A program made the translations under genes and the position numbers. From the NCBI GenBank assembly GCA_964016885.1, contig OZ024740.1, forward strand, positions 346,456,001 through 346,520,000: a stretch of DNA of 64,000 nt, in the 5' to 3' direction. The DNA is from Eledone cirrhosa. Its lineage: Eukaryota. The notes below the pieces were generated by a model, which saw only the letters and a program-made list of their open reading frames with translations, searched no databases and was not told where the DNA came from. This document shows, one piece after another, positions 13,234 to 29,164 of the stretch (its first letter is position 1; every line of letters starts with the position of its first letter).

Positions 13234-13950
13234 GTAGAGTATCGTATGCAGCAATCCCCAACTTATGCTAAAGCCAGTAAAACGAAAATAATAATGCCAA
13301 CAATTTGTGGGGAGGAGACATGCCATATAATCGACCACACTGCGATACCAGTCATTTATTTTATCGATCTCATAATGATGAAAGGCAAAGCTAACCTCGG
13401 CGGGATTTTGGCTCTAATAATAATTTTTTCTGATTGAAGCACAAGTCCAACAATCGACCCCAGTGTATGACTGGTATTTATTTTATCGACCCCGTAAGGA
13501 TGAAAGGCAAAGCTACTTTCGACCGGATTTGAATTCAGGACGTAAAATGACGTACTTATACGCCACAAAGCATGTTGTCCGTTACTCTATCGATACTGCC
13601 AATCTACCTCCTAATACGACTAATAATAACTATTTATACTTTTGGAATAAGAGCAGCAGTTTGAAGGGAAGGGAGAGTCGATCAAATCGACCCCAGTGTG
13701 TTGCTACTACTATTAATAATTATAATTGAATAATAATGATTCCTGATTTAGGCCCAATGTCGACAATTGTTTTTTCGGGTAAGTCGATTAAATCGACACC
13801 AGTGCGTTACTGGTACATTATTTCATTGATCCCGTATGGATGAAAACAACGGCAACCTCGAACGGATTTGAACCCAGAACATAAAGTTACGGACATATTT
13901 GCAGCAAAGACATGTTATCCGACGGTCTACCGATACTGGCAATCTATCCC
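13234..13950 (-). mobile_element. Cluster of minus-strand SINE family A copies and fragments (13234-13410, 13425-13610, 13630-13700, 13735-13950)
   Basis: Repeated atcgaccccgtaaggatgaaaggcaaag and gatactgccaatc motifs. Confidence 0.8.
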
Positions 13951-14284
13951 ACAACGTCTACTTCTACTACTACCAATAGTAATAGATATGATACATAATG
14001 AAACGAAAATTGACGAAATTATATTAAGTATTGATTTTGATGAATCTACATTTGGACAACATATGCTTTGTCATGTTTTTAGAATCATGTTTAATATAGT
14101 TAGTATTATTGCTCTGTAAGAGTTGTATATAGATGAGATTTTGATTTCCTTTTCTTGTAATATATATATATTAGCATATTAATTTAATGTTTATATACAT
14201 GAGCAGTATAAGCAAAATTTATTCGCGTTGCCATTTGGTGTTTCATAAGCTCAAACATATTAATTGAATATTGGAATATGCATT

Positions 14285-14314
14285 ATATATATATATGTAC
14301 ACACATATAAATAT

Positions 14315-14394
<80 letters not shown>

Positions 14395-14420
14395 GTGTGT
14401 GTGTGTATGTGTGTGTGTGT
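14285..14420. repeat. (CA)n(TA)n(TG)n microsatellite
   Basis: Seen directly. Confidence 0.97.
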
Positions 14421-16392
14421 GCGTATACATATTTACATATACAAAACAATGAATCAAATTAAAAGTGTCATCACCAGAGTACAATTCATCACAATGACAG
14501 ACGTGGCCATATGATTAGGGACCAAATTTTGCTACCGCCGGGCTTCAATTCAGTTTCTTTGAGTGACACTTTGGGAAAGTCATCTCCCCGTTTAGTCTTG
14601 GGTTGACCAATAGCATGTGAGTGAGGTTTGATAGACGGAAACTGTTGAAGCCCATCTCTCTCACACGTGCACACACATAAATACACAAACACATAATGAA
14701 ACCATTTTACGTTGCCAGCCCTATACATTTTCTATAACTGGATTATCCAGTATGACCTAATTTTGTAAGAGAGTAAGTTTAAGTCTTACAGTTTTTTAAA
14801 TGACTGTAGGTTGTAATTTAAGGGAGATTTAGCTCATATTTATCCTCATTTCGGCACCCATGTAGTGGCTCATATGTATGCTCCTATAAAAAAATGTGAC
14901 AGTATTGAGATGTTTGGCGTTATTTCCGCGAGAGACAGCTATTATTTGATGAAGAGATGATTATGTTTGGCAAGTGTAGTATAAATATGCATGATGATAC
15001 ATCTTGTTGATATTTCAACTTGAGATGAACACTGCCCGATAAGAACTATTGTCAAACAAGATTAAACCGTAAACATAATTTTGTGTAGTGTTTAGGTACA
15101 ATTCTACTCTAATCAAACAGACCAAAGATTAAAGTTATTTGAGCGATCATCTTCCATCTTTTCGTATAGGTTGGACCAAATCGTGCAATTATAAGATTTC
15201 ATGTAGGTTTTGCTACTATTAATTGCAGACTGAACACACAGCTATATTGTTATTTTATGTTTAGAGAGGACAACATTAAGCAATAATGCAAACGCTTATT
15301 AAAATTTGTAAGATGGTATTTGAAACTGCCATTTCTATCACGTGTCAACATGCCATGTCTACTTCATTGCATATTCTTCTTACTTTTGATGCAACTGTCG
15401 TTTTCTAAATTGATGTTGTTTTAGATTTATTGTTGATGTTGATGTTCGTTTGATGAAGATGTTGCTGCTGTTTGAGTTATTTTTAGATTTGTTTCGATGT
15501 TAAGTTGATTGATGTTTAGCTCTAGACAAGACCTGATGACTATGATAAAAGGCAATTCCTGGCCCAAATATTCTGTGATTCTTTTTTGTGCGTGTATGAA
15601 TGTACCAGGGTATTCCATCCAATACACTTATGTAGAACGGAATGGTGAGATTTGAAGGGAGATGTGTTGATTTCTACCAGATTTACTGTTCACATAAAGG
15701 CTTCGTCTTCGCCATTCTATTAATGCTATTGTTCTTCATATATGTGTTGTTATCGTTCATGTAACTTCTATTATTTTGTGTGTAGTTGTTATTGCAGATG
15801 TAGTCGTTGTTATTTTCGATATGCTATAATTGCTAATGCAAATGTTGTAATTGCTGATATAAAATGTGTTGTTGCTGATGTAATTTTGAATATTCTTGAA
15901 GCCCAATTGCTTATTGTTGTAGTTTAGTGTGATATCATATCTGTTATTATTCATTATGTTATATTTGTTATTGTTGTTGACAATTTTATAGCTATTATTG
16001 TTGACGTTGATGTGAATGTCGCCGTTATAGTTGTCAGAGTTGATGTTAGTATTGATGCTGGTGACATTTGTTGATGTTGTTGTTGATGATATTGAGATTG
16101 CTGTGGCAAAAATAATTAAAGATTTTATATTATTTTATATTACATTATATTATACACGTTATCATTCTTCCTGCATACACAGAATTGATCAAAAAGACAT
16201 CGCTATCGCATCTACCACCAACACATTGCATTTGGTATTTTGATATTCTTTGTGATAAGACTTCAAATTTTTACACAATTTTCATGTTCGTTTTGGCGTT
16301 TTGTTTTTGAAACCAACCATCTCTTTCTCTGATTTGCTGTTTCAGTTCCCTTTTCGACTGTCTATCTTCCTCCCCCTGTTTGTTCTCTCTAT

Positions 16393-17190
<798 letters not shown>

Positions 17191-17783
17191 TATATGGTGA
17201 GAGACAAAAAACGCATTTGTTTTATGAAAGACATTTACATTGTATTTAAATGTCTATACCCTTTTATCACATCTTCTCTCTCACCTCCATCTCTTACCCC
17301 CTCTCACACTCTCAATTACTCTATCTCTTTGCCCATCGTTCATCTCGTATATATCATGTTGTTTCCAAATTATTCTATTCAAAATTGTTCTAAAATATAT
17401 TCGTGTTTTCTCACAAACGTATATATATATATATTAAAGTACGTTTGAACATTTTCAATCTACCCATCTCTCCATCTCTTAAACTCTGTAGCTTACTAGT
17501 TATCCTTCTCAATCTTCCTATAATTCCGATTATATATATGTATTTGTCTCTTTCTGGTAATTTGTCTGTCTCTATGTGTCTCGTTCCTTATTATATTCAA
17601 TCATTGTCCACAAGCTTTGATCGTGATGTCATCGTTGTAAGTTTCATTTATTTCTGCATTTGTTACTCTGATTATATAATAACTCCAATATCATATTTTG
17701 AATTGCCGATTGAAAATACATTGATAACAAACGAAAATCTATTAACAAAAAATGCATGGCCAAACTATGAAAATACCATCCAC

Positions 17784-18348
<565 letters not shown>

Positions 18349-19279
18349 GTGTTTGTATCTGTTAGCGTGTATGTTTGGTGAAATGTTTCATGACTAATCT
18401 ATTTTCGCATGTAACATGAGTAAATTGTTCCAAACTTTTATAATTACCATTCCAACCAATTCCAACCAATTACGCCACCTACAAAACCTCACACACATCT
18501 CCACTACCACAACTCCGCCATCACCACATCAAGCAATATCTTTACAACAACCACCACCACGCTAGCACCGTCCTTTAATGTAATAAATTTATTCATTTTA
18601 TGTATGGTATTTTACACTTTATTTTCATTATCAGATCGAAAAACAAAAAACAAGTAACAAGATGTGATTTTCGGGTTTGATAAGTCGTTGTTTAATATTT
18701 CGGGGATATCTCAACAAAACCTGATAACTACACGTAATGTTTGAAAATATTAGGACAAATCGTGAAAAAAAAAAGTTCTATTTTCTCTTTTATATTCTAT
18801 ATCATACATAAAATTGTTAAACATTAAAGACATTCGCATACGATATTAACGCTATCATCATTTTCTGTTTATATTTTTTAATTTGTTTATGTTCTTATTT
18901 CGTTTCATTTTTTGCATACGTGTTTATTTACTTTTTCAATATTTTCTTTGAATATTTTCTGAATTGGCGTAGTTCAAATTTTGAGTCACTGAAATAGAAA
19001 TTAAGCAGATATTTTTATTATTTTTGTCCAAGTTTCTGATACGTTTAAAGACACTTTTCAGCCGCTGTCTTTTTCCTAATTGCTTGAGGCATGAAAAATA
19101 TATTCCTGCTTCGATGGAATTGCATGGTTGAGTGAAAACGCTTGAGCTGGATAATGTTTCAGAATAATTTATGTTGTTGTTGTTGAAGATGTTGTTGGGC
19201 TGATGGTGTTGGTGTTGGTGGTGGTGTGGACCGTGGTCGTGGTCCTGGTGTAGCCTCTATTTATCTCTGATCAAGAATA

Positions 19280-21520
19280 TCTACAGGTCGAATGTAATCG
19301 TAGATAACGCGTTGATCGGATCACCAGATTCATCTTCCGAATTATAAAATGTCATGTTTATGGGGTCCATTCCACTGTCCTACCTTCATATTATCTGCTC
19401 CTCATTCGATATTATAACGTATATTATAAAGCTCGTCATAGTAGAAGTGCTGGTCAGAGCACAGCAGATCCTATTCCTCTTTACTAATTGTTAGCGATGA
19501 GTATCGCCTTCCAATGTCTGGAACCAATGAAGCATATTATTTGCAGATACTTGCAGCTATGGTTTGGGTATGCTCAGTTCTCAGAATATTAGAGATAGTA
19601 TCTTTAGAATACACTAGGTTCTTGTTTATTTGTCTGAATGTTTAGAGGCAATTATACGTAAAATGACAGGTACTCAAGATGTTGAAACTTGTAGCAATAA
19701 AATGCACTTCCAACGATTCCAGATGGTGTGTTACATTTAATATTTATTTTCTCGTTTTACAGGTGATATCAGAGTTGTTGTCAGTTATTACGCATATTGC
19801 ACTGTATTCTAATTTTTGTAGTTTATTGTGGTTTGTTTTATAGAAATCGGTGTCTCATGATGTGCTCGCGTCGTCCATGGAGGATCTTATGTATGGACAC
19901 TATGTGCGTTATTTTTCCCTTTTGGGCAAATATTTTAACTGCTCTAAAATATTTATGCTTCGGTTTCGTTTTCGTACTATTTCTTTTACATGCAATGCCA
20001 AAGTTAAAGATGTGTTGTAGATAACAGCAAGGAGTTTAGTTTCCGTGTCATGTATGATATGTTTGTGCTGTCGGTTGTGATTGTTGCTTGTATCTGATGT
20101 TCTTTAATGTTGTTGATAAGGGAGGATATATATTTGGTAGAGCCTAGTGAAACCCTTTTGCTGTTAAGTCAATGTTCTAAAGGTATTACATAGTTCTGTA
20201 GTATTTGTAAGAGAATGTGAGTTGGATGATTTTTGGGTTTCACGATGACCGTATAGTTTGAGGAAACGTGAAGACATCAGGTGGTTAAAGGATGAACAGT
20301 GCAGGTGATAGAACGATATTTTGTGTTACTATATTTTTGAATATTTCATGTTCTGGAAGTTTGCGCTTCTACACAGTATATTATTTTCGATCTGGCAGGC
20401 AGAATGCTAGTCAGGGTTATATGTTACTGGTGTGGCGGAGTTTATTTTGTAAGCGTGGATACCGTAGATTCAAGTCAGAGATTTAACTGATGATAGTAGT
20501 AGCTAGATAAGTAGGTGAAACTACTTGTTGTGGAACGTATCGTGTATGTTGTTAATAATTGTGTGTAGTGATTGAACTTTTGTGATTTACAGAGGGGTAT
20601 CTGTAAGCTGCAGGTAAAAAGGTTATATAGAAATGTTGAGAGAGTGCATAGAATATGATGGATTTGTATTATGTTGCTTTACTTGCATTTTTTTTTTATT
20701 ATTATTTTAATTTGCCTAACTTCCTGTTTTTGGTATATTTCGAAGTTTTATTGTGGGCGGCGTATATATTGGTGTAAGCATTGTTTCCTTCGACATTATC
20801 TAATATACGAAATTATCTCTCTCTCTGAAGATTTTGAATTTTAGGATTTCCCTATTGATTTTGTTGTTATAAAGGCACCGATATATTTATCCTGTTTCCT
20901 TTTCATAGTATTTGATTTATAATTTTAGAGTCATTTCTGATATTTATGCTTTCTTGTTATTGCTGTGTGAGTATATCATTTGAGATTAATAATACAGTTG
21001 TATTGAACATTGCAAACTTTGAATCTAATATGTATGGCTTATTTTTCATGATACACTGTGTATTATGTATTTATGTGGCGTATAAAATAAGATGTTTAAA
21101 TGTGTAAGTCGTGCTAGTTGTTGTATGGTTGAATTTTCTATTTCTTCATGAAATTTCTTATAGTTGTCTTAGTGAGCTATGTGTGTAAGTTTGAGTGGAA
21201 TGTCAAGGATGTGAAGTGTTTGTAGTTGCAATGATATTTCCTCCGAGCTGTTATTTTGTGCATTGAACACCCATTCATTTCTGATGTTTGTGAAAATAGT
21301 AAATATATGTACCCTGGTATTTCAAACAGTAGGATGGTTGGTAAAATTGGGTTGCTGTGTGTGCAAGTATATTTAATTTATAATTAGCAGTGTTACTAAT
21401 TTATGTATTAAATCTCCATATTTAGAGTGAAGTATTATTCTTTATTTGTGAACAAATATCGATATATTGCCATGAAAGTGTTATGCATGCTATTAGACCA
21501 CTAACGTTAAAAGAATCTCT
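19280..21520 (-). mobile_element. Very old LINE reverse-transcriptase remnant (boundaries approximate)
   Basis: Minus strand near 20290-20335 reads VTQNIVLSPALFIL, like GVPQGSVLSP.LF. The strand is A/C-rich, as LINE coding strands often are. No open frame. Confidence 0.45.
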
Positions 21521-22344
21521 TAAGCCTAGTATGAATATACCTTGAAATTTTTCGTGTATGCTGTTCTTGGAGAAGAAATGTTTCCTGAATCGTTGCCACA
21601 CATTTTTTGTGAGTATTTATGACAACATTTACTGCTATACAGATTTAATTTAATGTTATTACGGTTGTTTAGTAGGATACTTTGAATGTCACTCCAATGA
21701 TAGTTCTGCCCCATACGAAACCATGGTACGGAGATAATATATAAGTGATATTATACGAAAAATATTTCCGTCTGGCTTCATTATACTCCGGTAGAATTTT
21801 CACTCATTTTATTTTAATATATAATATTGCTTCCCTGACAGGTTGCTTTCATTTAGATATATATGGTTGTAAGTGATTATTTATCCATTAATTAATATTA
21901 AACTGCTCCTAAATTTGTCGGGTTGTACCAGATGGTCAGTGAGCTGCTATTTCTATTGACATTGTAGGCATATCATGTGCTCATATCTTAGGAGATTTGA
22001 AAACGTATCACTAAACGTGGCATTACATTCATGCTGCCTCCGGTTTAGAAACTATGTATTATATATTTTCCATTCCTCTTAGACTTAAAGTATTCTAACC
22101 CACTGAAGAATAAGGCGCTTCTTGAATTATTTGTAATTTCATTCCGATTGAAGGGTATTCCCCATTTGAAGCCATGGTTGGGAGATCTATATGTAAGCGA
22201 AGCTAGGGGATTTTTTTCCGTCTGGCTTGATTACGCGTAGATTTTTTCACATTTAAATTTAATAAATAATATTGCTTTTCTGAGAGATTTCTTACATTGA
22301 GATGTTTGGTATTAGTTACTAATTAACTTTTAATTAATATTTAT

Positions 22345-22528
<184 letters not shown>

Positions 22529-23010
22529 CTGATCCATTGAACCCCACTTAAACCATCAGCGCCGCATTGAAGAAGAGATTTTGAGAGAAAATTCATATAT
22601 TCTAACGGTCCAGAGATTACGGGAAAGCACTTTTCAATATTTGATTAAATTGGGGTGGTAGATTGATTGTATCGGTTGAGCTTCAGACATCATGCTCAAT
22701 GGCATGGGGTTACGCCCTTTTACTATCTGAGTTACAGTGCTTCCTTGATTAACTTTGCACAATTTAATCGATTTTCCCCTCCCCAAAAATGTCTGGCCTT
22801 GTGCCTAAATCAGGAACCAATATTTAATAAGATTAACATACCAATTGAAACCGGTAAGACTTAAACAAATTTAAATTCATTTAATTCAAGAATTATATAA
22901 TTATTCACTCTCCTTTGATTAGAGTAAAACATAACCTTTAAATATCCTCCTTTGATTTTTACCTTTTTCCTTTTTAAATATAATCTTGGCAACTGTATAT
23001 ATATTGGCAA

Positions 23011-23079
<69 letters not shown>

Positions 23080-23083
23080 ATAA

Positions 23084-24070
<987 letters not shown>

Positions 24071-24109
24071 AGAGAGTATTGAATTTTGCTTGAAGCATTG
24101 TTGAATAAT

Positions 24110-25846
24110 AAGGTAAATTTCTTTAACTCATTTGGAAGCCTCGACAATGCAGATGGGTAAATCTCCGATTAACATAATCCGGTGGTGGAGAGAGAGATGT
24201 AAGTGGGTGTACGTTGAGATGTCTGGCGTGTAGAAGACTGTAGCGTGTAGAAGAATGTAGGAAAGAGCGTAAAAGATAAAAATAAAAATAATAACACGAG
24301 ATAGAGTTACCTTGGGTGAGATTTAATTGTCCCTATATATTTCAGATTCACATCCATCAACTGGGGTTTTTTTCCGGGAGGAGGGAAGGTTGCCTGTCGG
24401 AAAGGTGCGAAACGTGTCCTCCGATGTTCGTTGTCTTGAATATCCGAGGTATTCAGCATAGCGCGCGTGCGCGTGAAATGGAGTCGGTCAAGCAAAGGTC
24501 GGCGGAAGAAATAGTTCTTTCAATTGTGGGAGTGGGGTGGCGCTAGCTGTCAGTCCATTCTCTGCCTGTTTGGTGAATGTTACTGTGTGTGTGTGCGTGT
24601 GTTGTGGTCTCGCTTGAGTGTGCGTGTGTGTGCGTGTGTGCCTTGTTCCTCTGTATTGGCATTGTAGTATGTTCGTATGGCGGAATGCTACTGTGTGTGT
24701 GTGCGTGTGTTGCTGTCTCGCTTATGTGTGCGTGTGTTGCTGTATCGTTTGTTCACTTAAACCAACCACCAAATGTCGCTTCTCTCGGATCGGTTGTTTA
24801 ATTGTGGCCCTAGGCGTTTGATCCAAAGTGCTTCCTTGATACGTAATGTGCCGACGTTTCTTTCTGTCGCTAGAATTGTGACAATGGGCTTTCCGTCTTT
24901 GTTTCCGCATTTGGGTATGTGTTTCCGGAAAGACGAGGACCTGGTTTTAGTGTGCTCCTTGATCCAGAAGTGCAGCGGCCGGATTGTGCTACCTATATAG
25001 TATTGGCTGCACTTGTTACATTCTATCTTATACACGACGTAAACAGTTCGCATGGCGCATCGGGCAGTCTCTGAGGGAGCACGCGTCAGTTGATTTCCCG
25101 GGTTTCCTGGAGAGGCATCTTCGCAGGGAGGGGTCTGAGTGGGCCAGGTGGATGTCGAGGCCCTCCCTCCGTATAGCCTTGCGGATAGCGTTAGTGGTAT
25201 TCTCGCCCAGGTGTGGCATTTTAAGGAAGCACTTGCCTTGGGTGCCTCTCTGTCTCTTGTGTCTGGTGTCTCCTACTCTGTCTGTGAGCGAGGTAGGGTA
25301 CCCGTTCATCTCCAGCACCTCGAGGAATCGCTTGGTATGAGTGACACCACTCGCGGGATCGCTGCATCTATTTTTGATTCGCGCGACCTCGTTCGTGATG
25401 TATCCTCTTTTGGCACTGTTAGGGAGGGCGGACATGTAGTGGACGAACAGTTCCCTGCAGGCTGCCTTTCGGTAGAAGTTGCAGTGGATCCTCCATGTTC
25501 CGTGATGTTGATTCGGAAGTCGAGGAGGGCAAGTGACCCGTCGTCGTTGGGGTGTTCAACACTGAAGTCAATGTTCTCGTCCGTGTTGTTGAACGTCTCA
25601 TAGATTATTTTCGCTATGTCTTGGGAAGATGTGAGGATGAGAATAGCGTCCACGTACCTTGAGAAAAAGGCGACGGCGTTGGGGTGGCAGGCGTTGAGTG
25701 CCTTGCGCTCGAGGCTGTCCATGTATGAGATCGCTAGCACACCCGACAGGCTTGAGCCCATGGGCAGTCCCGAGGTTTGCTCGTATGTTTGGTCAAGGAA
25801 TCCGAAGTAGGTGTTGTCGACGACGGTGGATAGGACAACGATGGAT
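24110..25846 (-). mobile_element. Penelope-like element, 5'-truncated: RT plus GIY-YIG endonuclease plus 3' pseudo-LTR
   Basis: YEQTSGLPMGSSLSGVLA; FSRYVDA (catalytic DD changed to DA); LALLDF; VYKIECNKCSQYYIGSTIRPLHFWIKEH; LRIKEALWIKRLGPQLN. Frameshifted, and more GC-rich than its flanks. Confidence 0.92.
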
Positions 25847-25901
25847 ATATATATATAGGACAACGATGGATATATATATATATATATATATAGGACAACG
25901 A

Positions 25902-25935
<34 letters not shown>

Positions 25936-25994
25936 ACAACGATGGATATATATATATATATAGGACAACGATGGATATATATATATATATATAT

Positions 25995-26060
<66 letters not shown>
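25831..26060. repeat. Five copies of TAGGACAACGATGGA(TA)n followed by (GA)n
   Basis: Seen directly. The unit is the terminal 15 nt of the truncated PLE RT. Confidence 0.95.
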
Positions 26061-26065
<5 letters not shown>

Positions 26066-26880
26066 TGCAGATAGGACTGCAAACTTTGTATTACATAATC
26101 ATATATTTTTCAGATACAACATAAGCTTTCGAAAGAATATCATCTACTGAATAATTATATATATAATTATGTATGTGGCCAACATACGCACAGACGTGCA
26201 CATATGTATACTCGCACACACCACCACCAGCCTGCACACAAAAACACATGTATGAACGTGTGAGTGTGTATATATGAGTTCGTTTGTGTTTGAGGTAATC
26301 AGTGACGATTAACAACTTTGCATGCTATAGCAGCGAAATCTTCCTGAAATTTCACTATAATTTCTCATAAATGAACGAAGCATTCTGCCAAATTGTCTTT
26401 TCTGCAAAAAATAAGAAAGAAGGGATTTCCATTAAATCGCCTCCTCTTAACTTATCTAACCATATATTTTGTGTTGAAAGAAAAGTATAGCATATCATGA
26501 ACAATTGAACACCTCCAGAATTGCAACCGGGCGTCTCGATATAAGCCCATGCATTAATTATCTAATTAATCCTCACACATTCTCTATTCTACGTGGAAAT
26601 CATTTTAAATACTCCTTCTCAGAGTTTCTGGCACTGACTTAATCCCCATACAAATATGATTTAAATCTATTTCACTAAAGATTCCATAAATATGAAACAG
26701 GAAACATATTTCCAATATGAAGGTTTCCTTTATTTATAGAGTTAAACTGGTAATCAAATATATGATTTAAATACAGTATAATAGGATGTTTTCAAAGAAA
26801 GGAAATGGTTTTGTAAATATAATGAGGATGGAAATCATGATGATGGGTAGGAAGAGTATGAGGAATAAGATAACAATAAA

Positions 26881-27240
26881 AACGGTTTCTTATTTAAGCA
26901 CAAGTCCAACAATTTTCGAGGAAAGGCAAGTCGATTAAATCGGCTCCTTAATTATGAATGTCAAAGCCTCGGCGGGATTTGACCTTAGAACGTAAATGGG
27001 CGTAGTTATATGCCACAGAGCATGTTGTCCGATGCTCTACAGATACTGCTAATCTACCGCACTTAATAATATTGTTTCTACTTTTGAAACAAGGCCAGCA
27101 AGTACCCAATGCATTACTGCTACTTTATTTTATCGACACCATAATGATGAAGGGCTAAGTTAACCTCGGCGGGATTTGAACTCAGAATGGCAAGGACCGT
27201 GACGCTATGCGTCAAAGCATGGCGTCCGACCTTCCACCGA
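26881..27240 (-). mobile_element. Two SINE family A copies (26881-27061, 27068-27240)
   Basis: cctcggcgggatttga and tgtttctacttttg motifs in each. Confidence 0.8.
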
Positions 27241-28170
27241 GAGTCACAAAGTGTTCACATTTCGGAAACATTAAAAACTGTACATGACGGCACTGGTCGG
27301 TAGAGTGGGTTTTTGTAAGAAATTTGTAGCAAAAACTTTAAAAATAAACATTTGAAAAATGAAACAAAAAAATCTCCCTATAGGGGGAAGAACATCGAGC
27401 GTCACTCGTGGAGAAAGGCTACAAAAAGCCACGTTCACTCTGACCACTATAGCAAGTACCATCTAGTTGTCCTAAGAAAATTGACAGACGCATGCTCTGG
27501 GCAGGCCAATTCACTCAGGCCATGCTAGCCACTCTCATACATCAACAAACGCGTTGGAAGGAGGCAGTTCCCTCTCCTCCCTGATTTTAGTCTTCAAATA
27601 AAACCTGAAATTATAATCAAGGCTTCACTGAAGGTAATGCTGATCTTCAGCCCTTTCAAATGTTCGCACAACCGAACCCCATTTACCATGGCCATTAGGC
27701 AGGTACAAGTTCCCTCTCCTTCCCCCCTAAAGGACGATAGAGGGTGATCTTGAAGGATTCAATTGATAATCGGATCCGCCCTAAATGCGACAGCAGCGGT
27801 TCGACATACGCCGATAAGTCGGTAATGCTTGGATATTCGACGAGTGCGTGCATGATGGTTTCGTTACCCTGTGCGCATCTTAGACAGGCCTGGCTGATGG
27901 CATTTCCATGTCTGTAGAGTTTATCTTGAACTGGCAATTCTTCCCAGTAGCTTTGTCAGGCCAGTGATTGTTGGAAGTTTTCAATGGGCCCTTGACGGAA
28001 GGTCCTCCGGAGATTGTGGCTATTTGATTGAGTTTCGTCGACACAAGAATCTCCCCATCTACGCCATCGCTTTCATCCTTTATATAACGCCAAGTTGGAT
28101 TTCCCAGTGATAGTACTGACCAAATACAGGGGCTCTGAGCACCGGAAGACATTAAGAAACGCAAATGATA
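27241..28170 (-). mobile_element. L1/Tx1-clade LINE 3' fragment with zf-RVT-like motif
   Basis: LPVQDKLYRHGNAISQACLRCAQGNETIMHALVE matches LP..D.L..C..C...ET..H. Followed by a T-rich 3' UTR. Confidence 0.75.
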
Positions 28171-28466
28171 GCCAGTCTAATCTCTTTCACAATGTCCCCA
28201 TCTTAAAAGAAAAAAAGAAAAATACATTATGAATTAGCAATTTTTAAATGGTTTATACGAAATATTTCTAGTATTAACTTATTTATCAATTAAAAATGTT
28301 ACATATATTTTAAACATTTATTTCAAATACATTCACATTGCGTTTCATGTTAAACTTACTTAATATGAATTGTAAGTAAAGATGTTTTTATTTCCTCGTC
28401 CGTCGAGACGCTCTTTTCTTCTTTCTGTCTTTTCGCTTCGTATTGTTAATTTATGAATGTCTTTTC

Positions 28467-28580
28467 GTCGCAGCGTAGCTTACTGGTTAAGGTATTCGGC
28501 TTACGACCGTAAGGTTGTGAGTTTGATTACCAACAGCGAGTAGTGTCCTCTAACAAGACACTTTATTTCGTGTTGCTATA
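28467..28580 (+). mobile_element. tRNA-derived SINE, family B (CORE-like), degenerate
   Basis: gcgtagcttactggttaag (A-box), gtgagtttgattacc (B-box-like), then gtgtcctctaacaagacactt, which resembles the CORE-SINE GTGTCCTTGAGCAAGACACTT. Confidence 0.6.
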
Positions 28581-28779
28581 TATAATCCATCTTGGGAACT
28601 ATCACCGAATCACAGGGAAGGGCCACGTAAAACAGCTAACGGGATATGGAGTTCACCGAACACATTTTTGTTGAAAATTGCCCTCTAAAGAGGGAATAAT
28701 CTGCTAGCTTTCTATGAAGTCGCGATACCTCATTATTAAGACTTTCAAATATGGAAGGATACGTGTGACACTAATGTAA

Positions 28780-29164
28780 ATAATTGTTTCTACTTTTGGC
28801 ACAAGGCCAGCAATTATCCAGTACATTACTGGTACTTTATTTTATCGACCCCGTAAGGATGAAAGGCAAAGTTAACCTCGGCGGGATTTGAACTCAGATC
28901 GTAAAGGGACGTAACTCTGCTGGAAAGCATGTCAGACCCTCTACCGATACTGCCAATTCACCGCCATCCTAATGTAAATAATTGTTTCTACTTTAGGCAC
29001 AAGGCCAGCAATGACCCAGTGTATTACTGGGTACTTTATTTTATCGACCCTGTAAGGATGAAAGGCAAAGTCAACCTCGGCGGGATTTGAACTCAGATCG
29101 TAAAGGGACGTAACTATGCTGGAAAGCATGGCGTCCGACTCTCTACCGATACTGCCAATCCACC
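28780..29164 (-). mobile_element. Head-to-tail SINE family A dimer with three copies of the target aatgtaaataat
   Basis: Copies at 28780-28966 and 28978-29164. The 12-mer occurs at 28773, 28971 and 29165. Confidence 0.92.

Noticed and set aside
24376-24422. Plus-strand gcGAAACGTGTCctcc resembling a hammerhead 3' half
   Set aside because: No CTGANGA 5' core, and it is antisense to the PLE.
28860-29164. tRNA-like A/B boxes considered as tRNA genes
   Set aside because: They are SINE heads fused to the central domain and tail; no cloverleaf.
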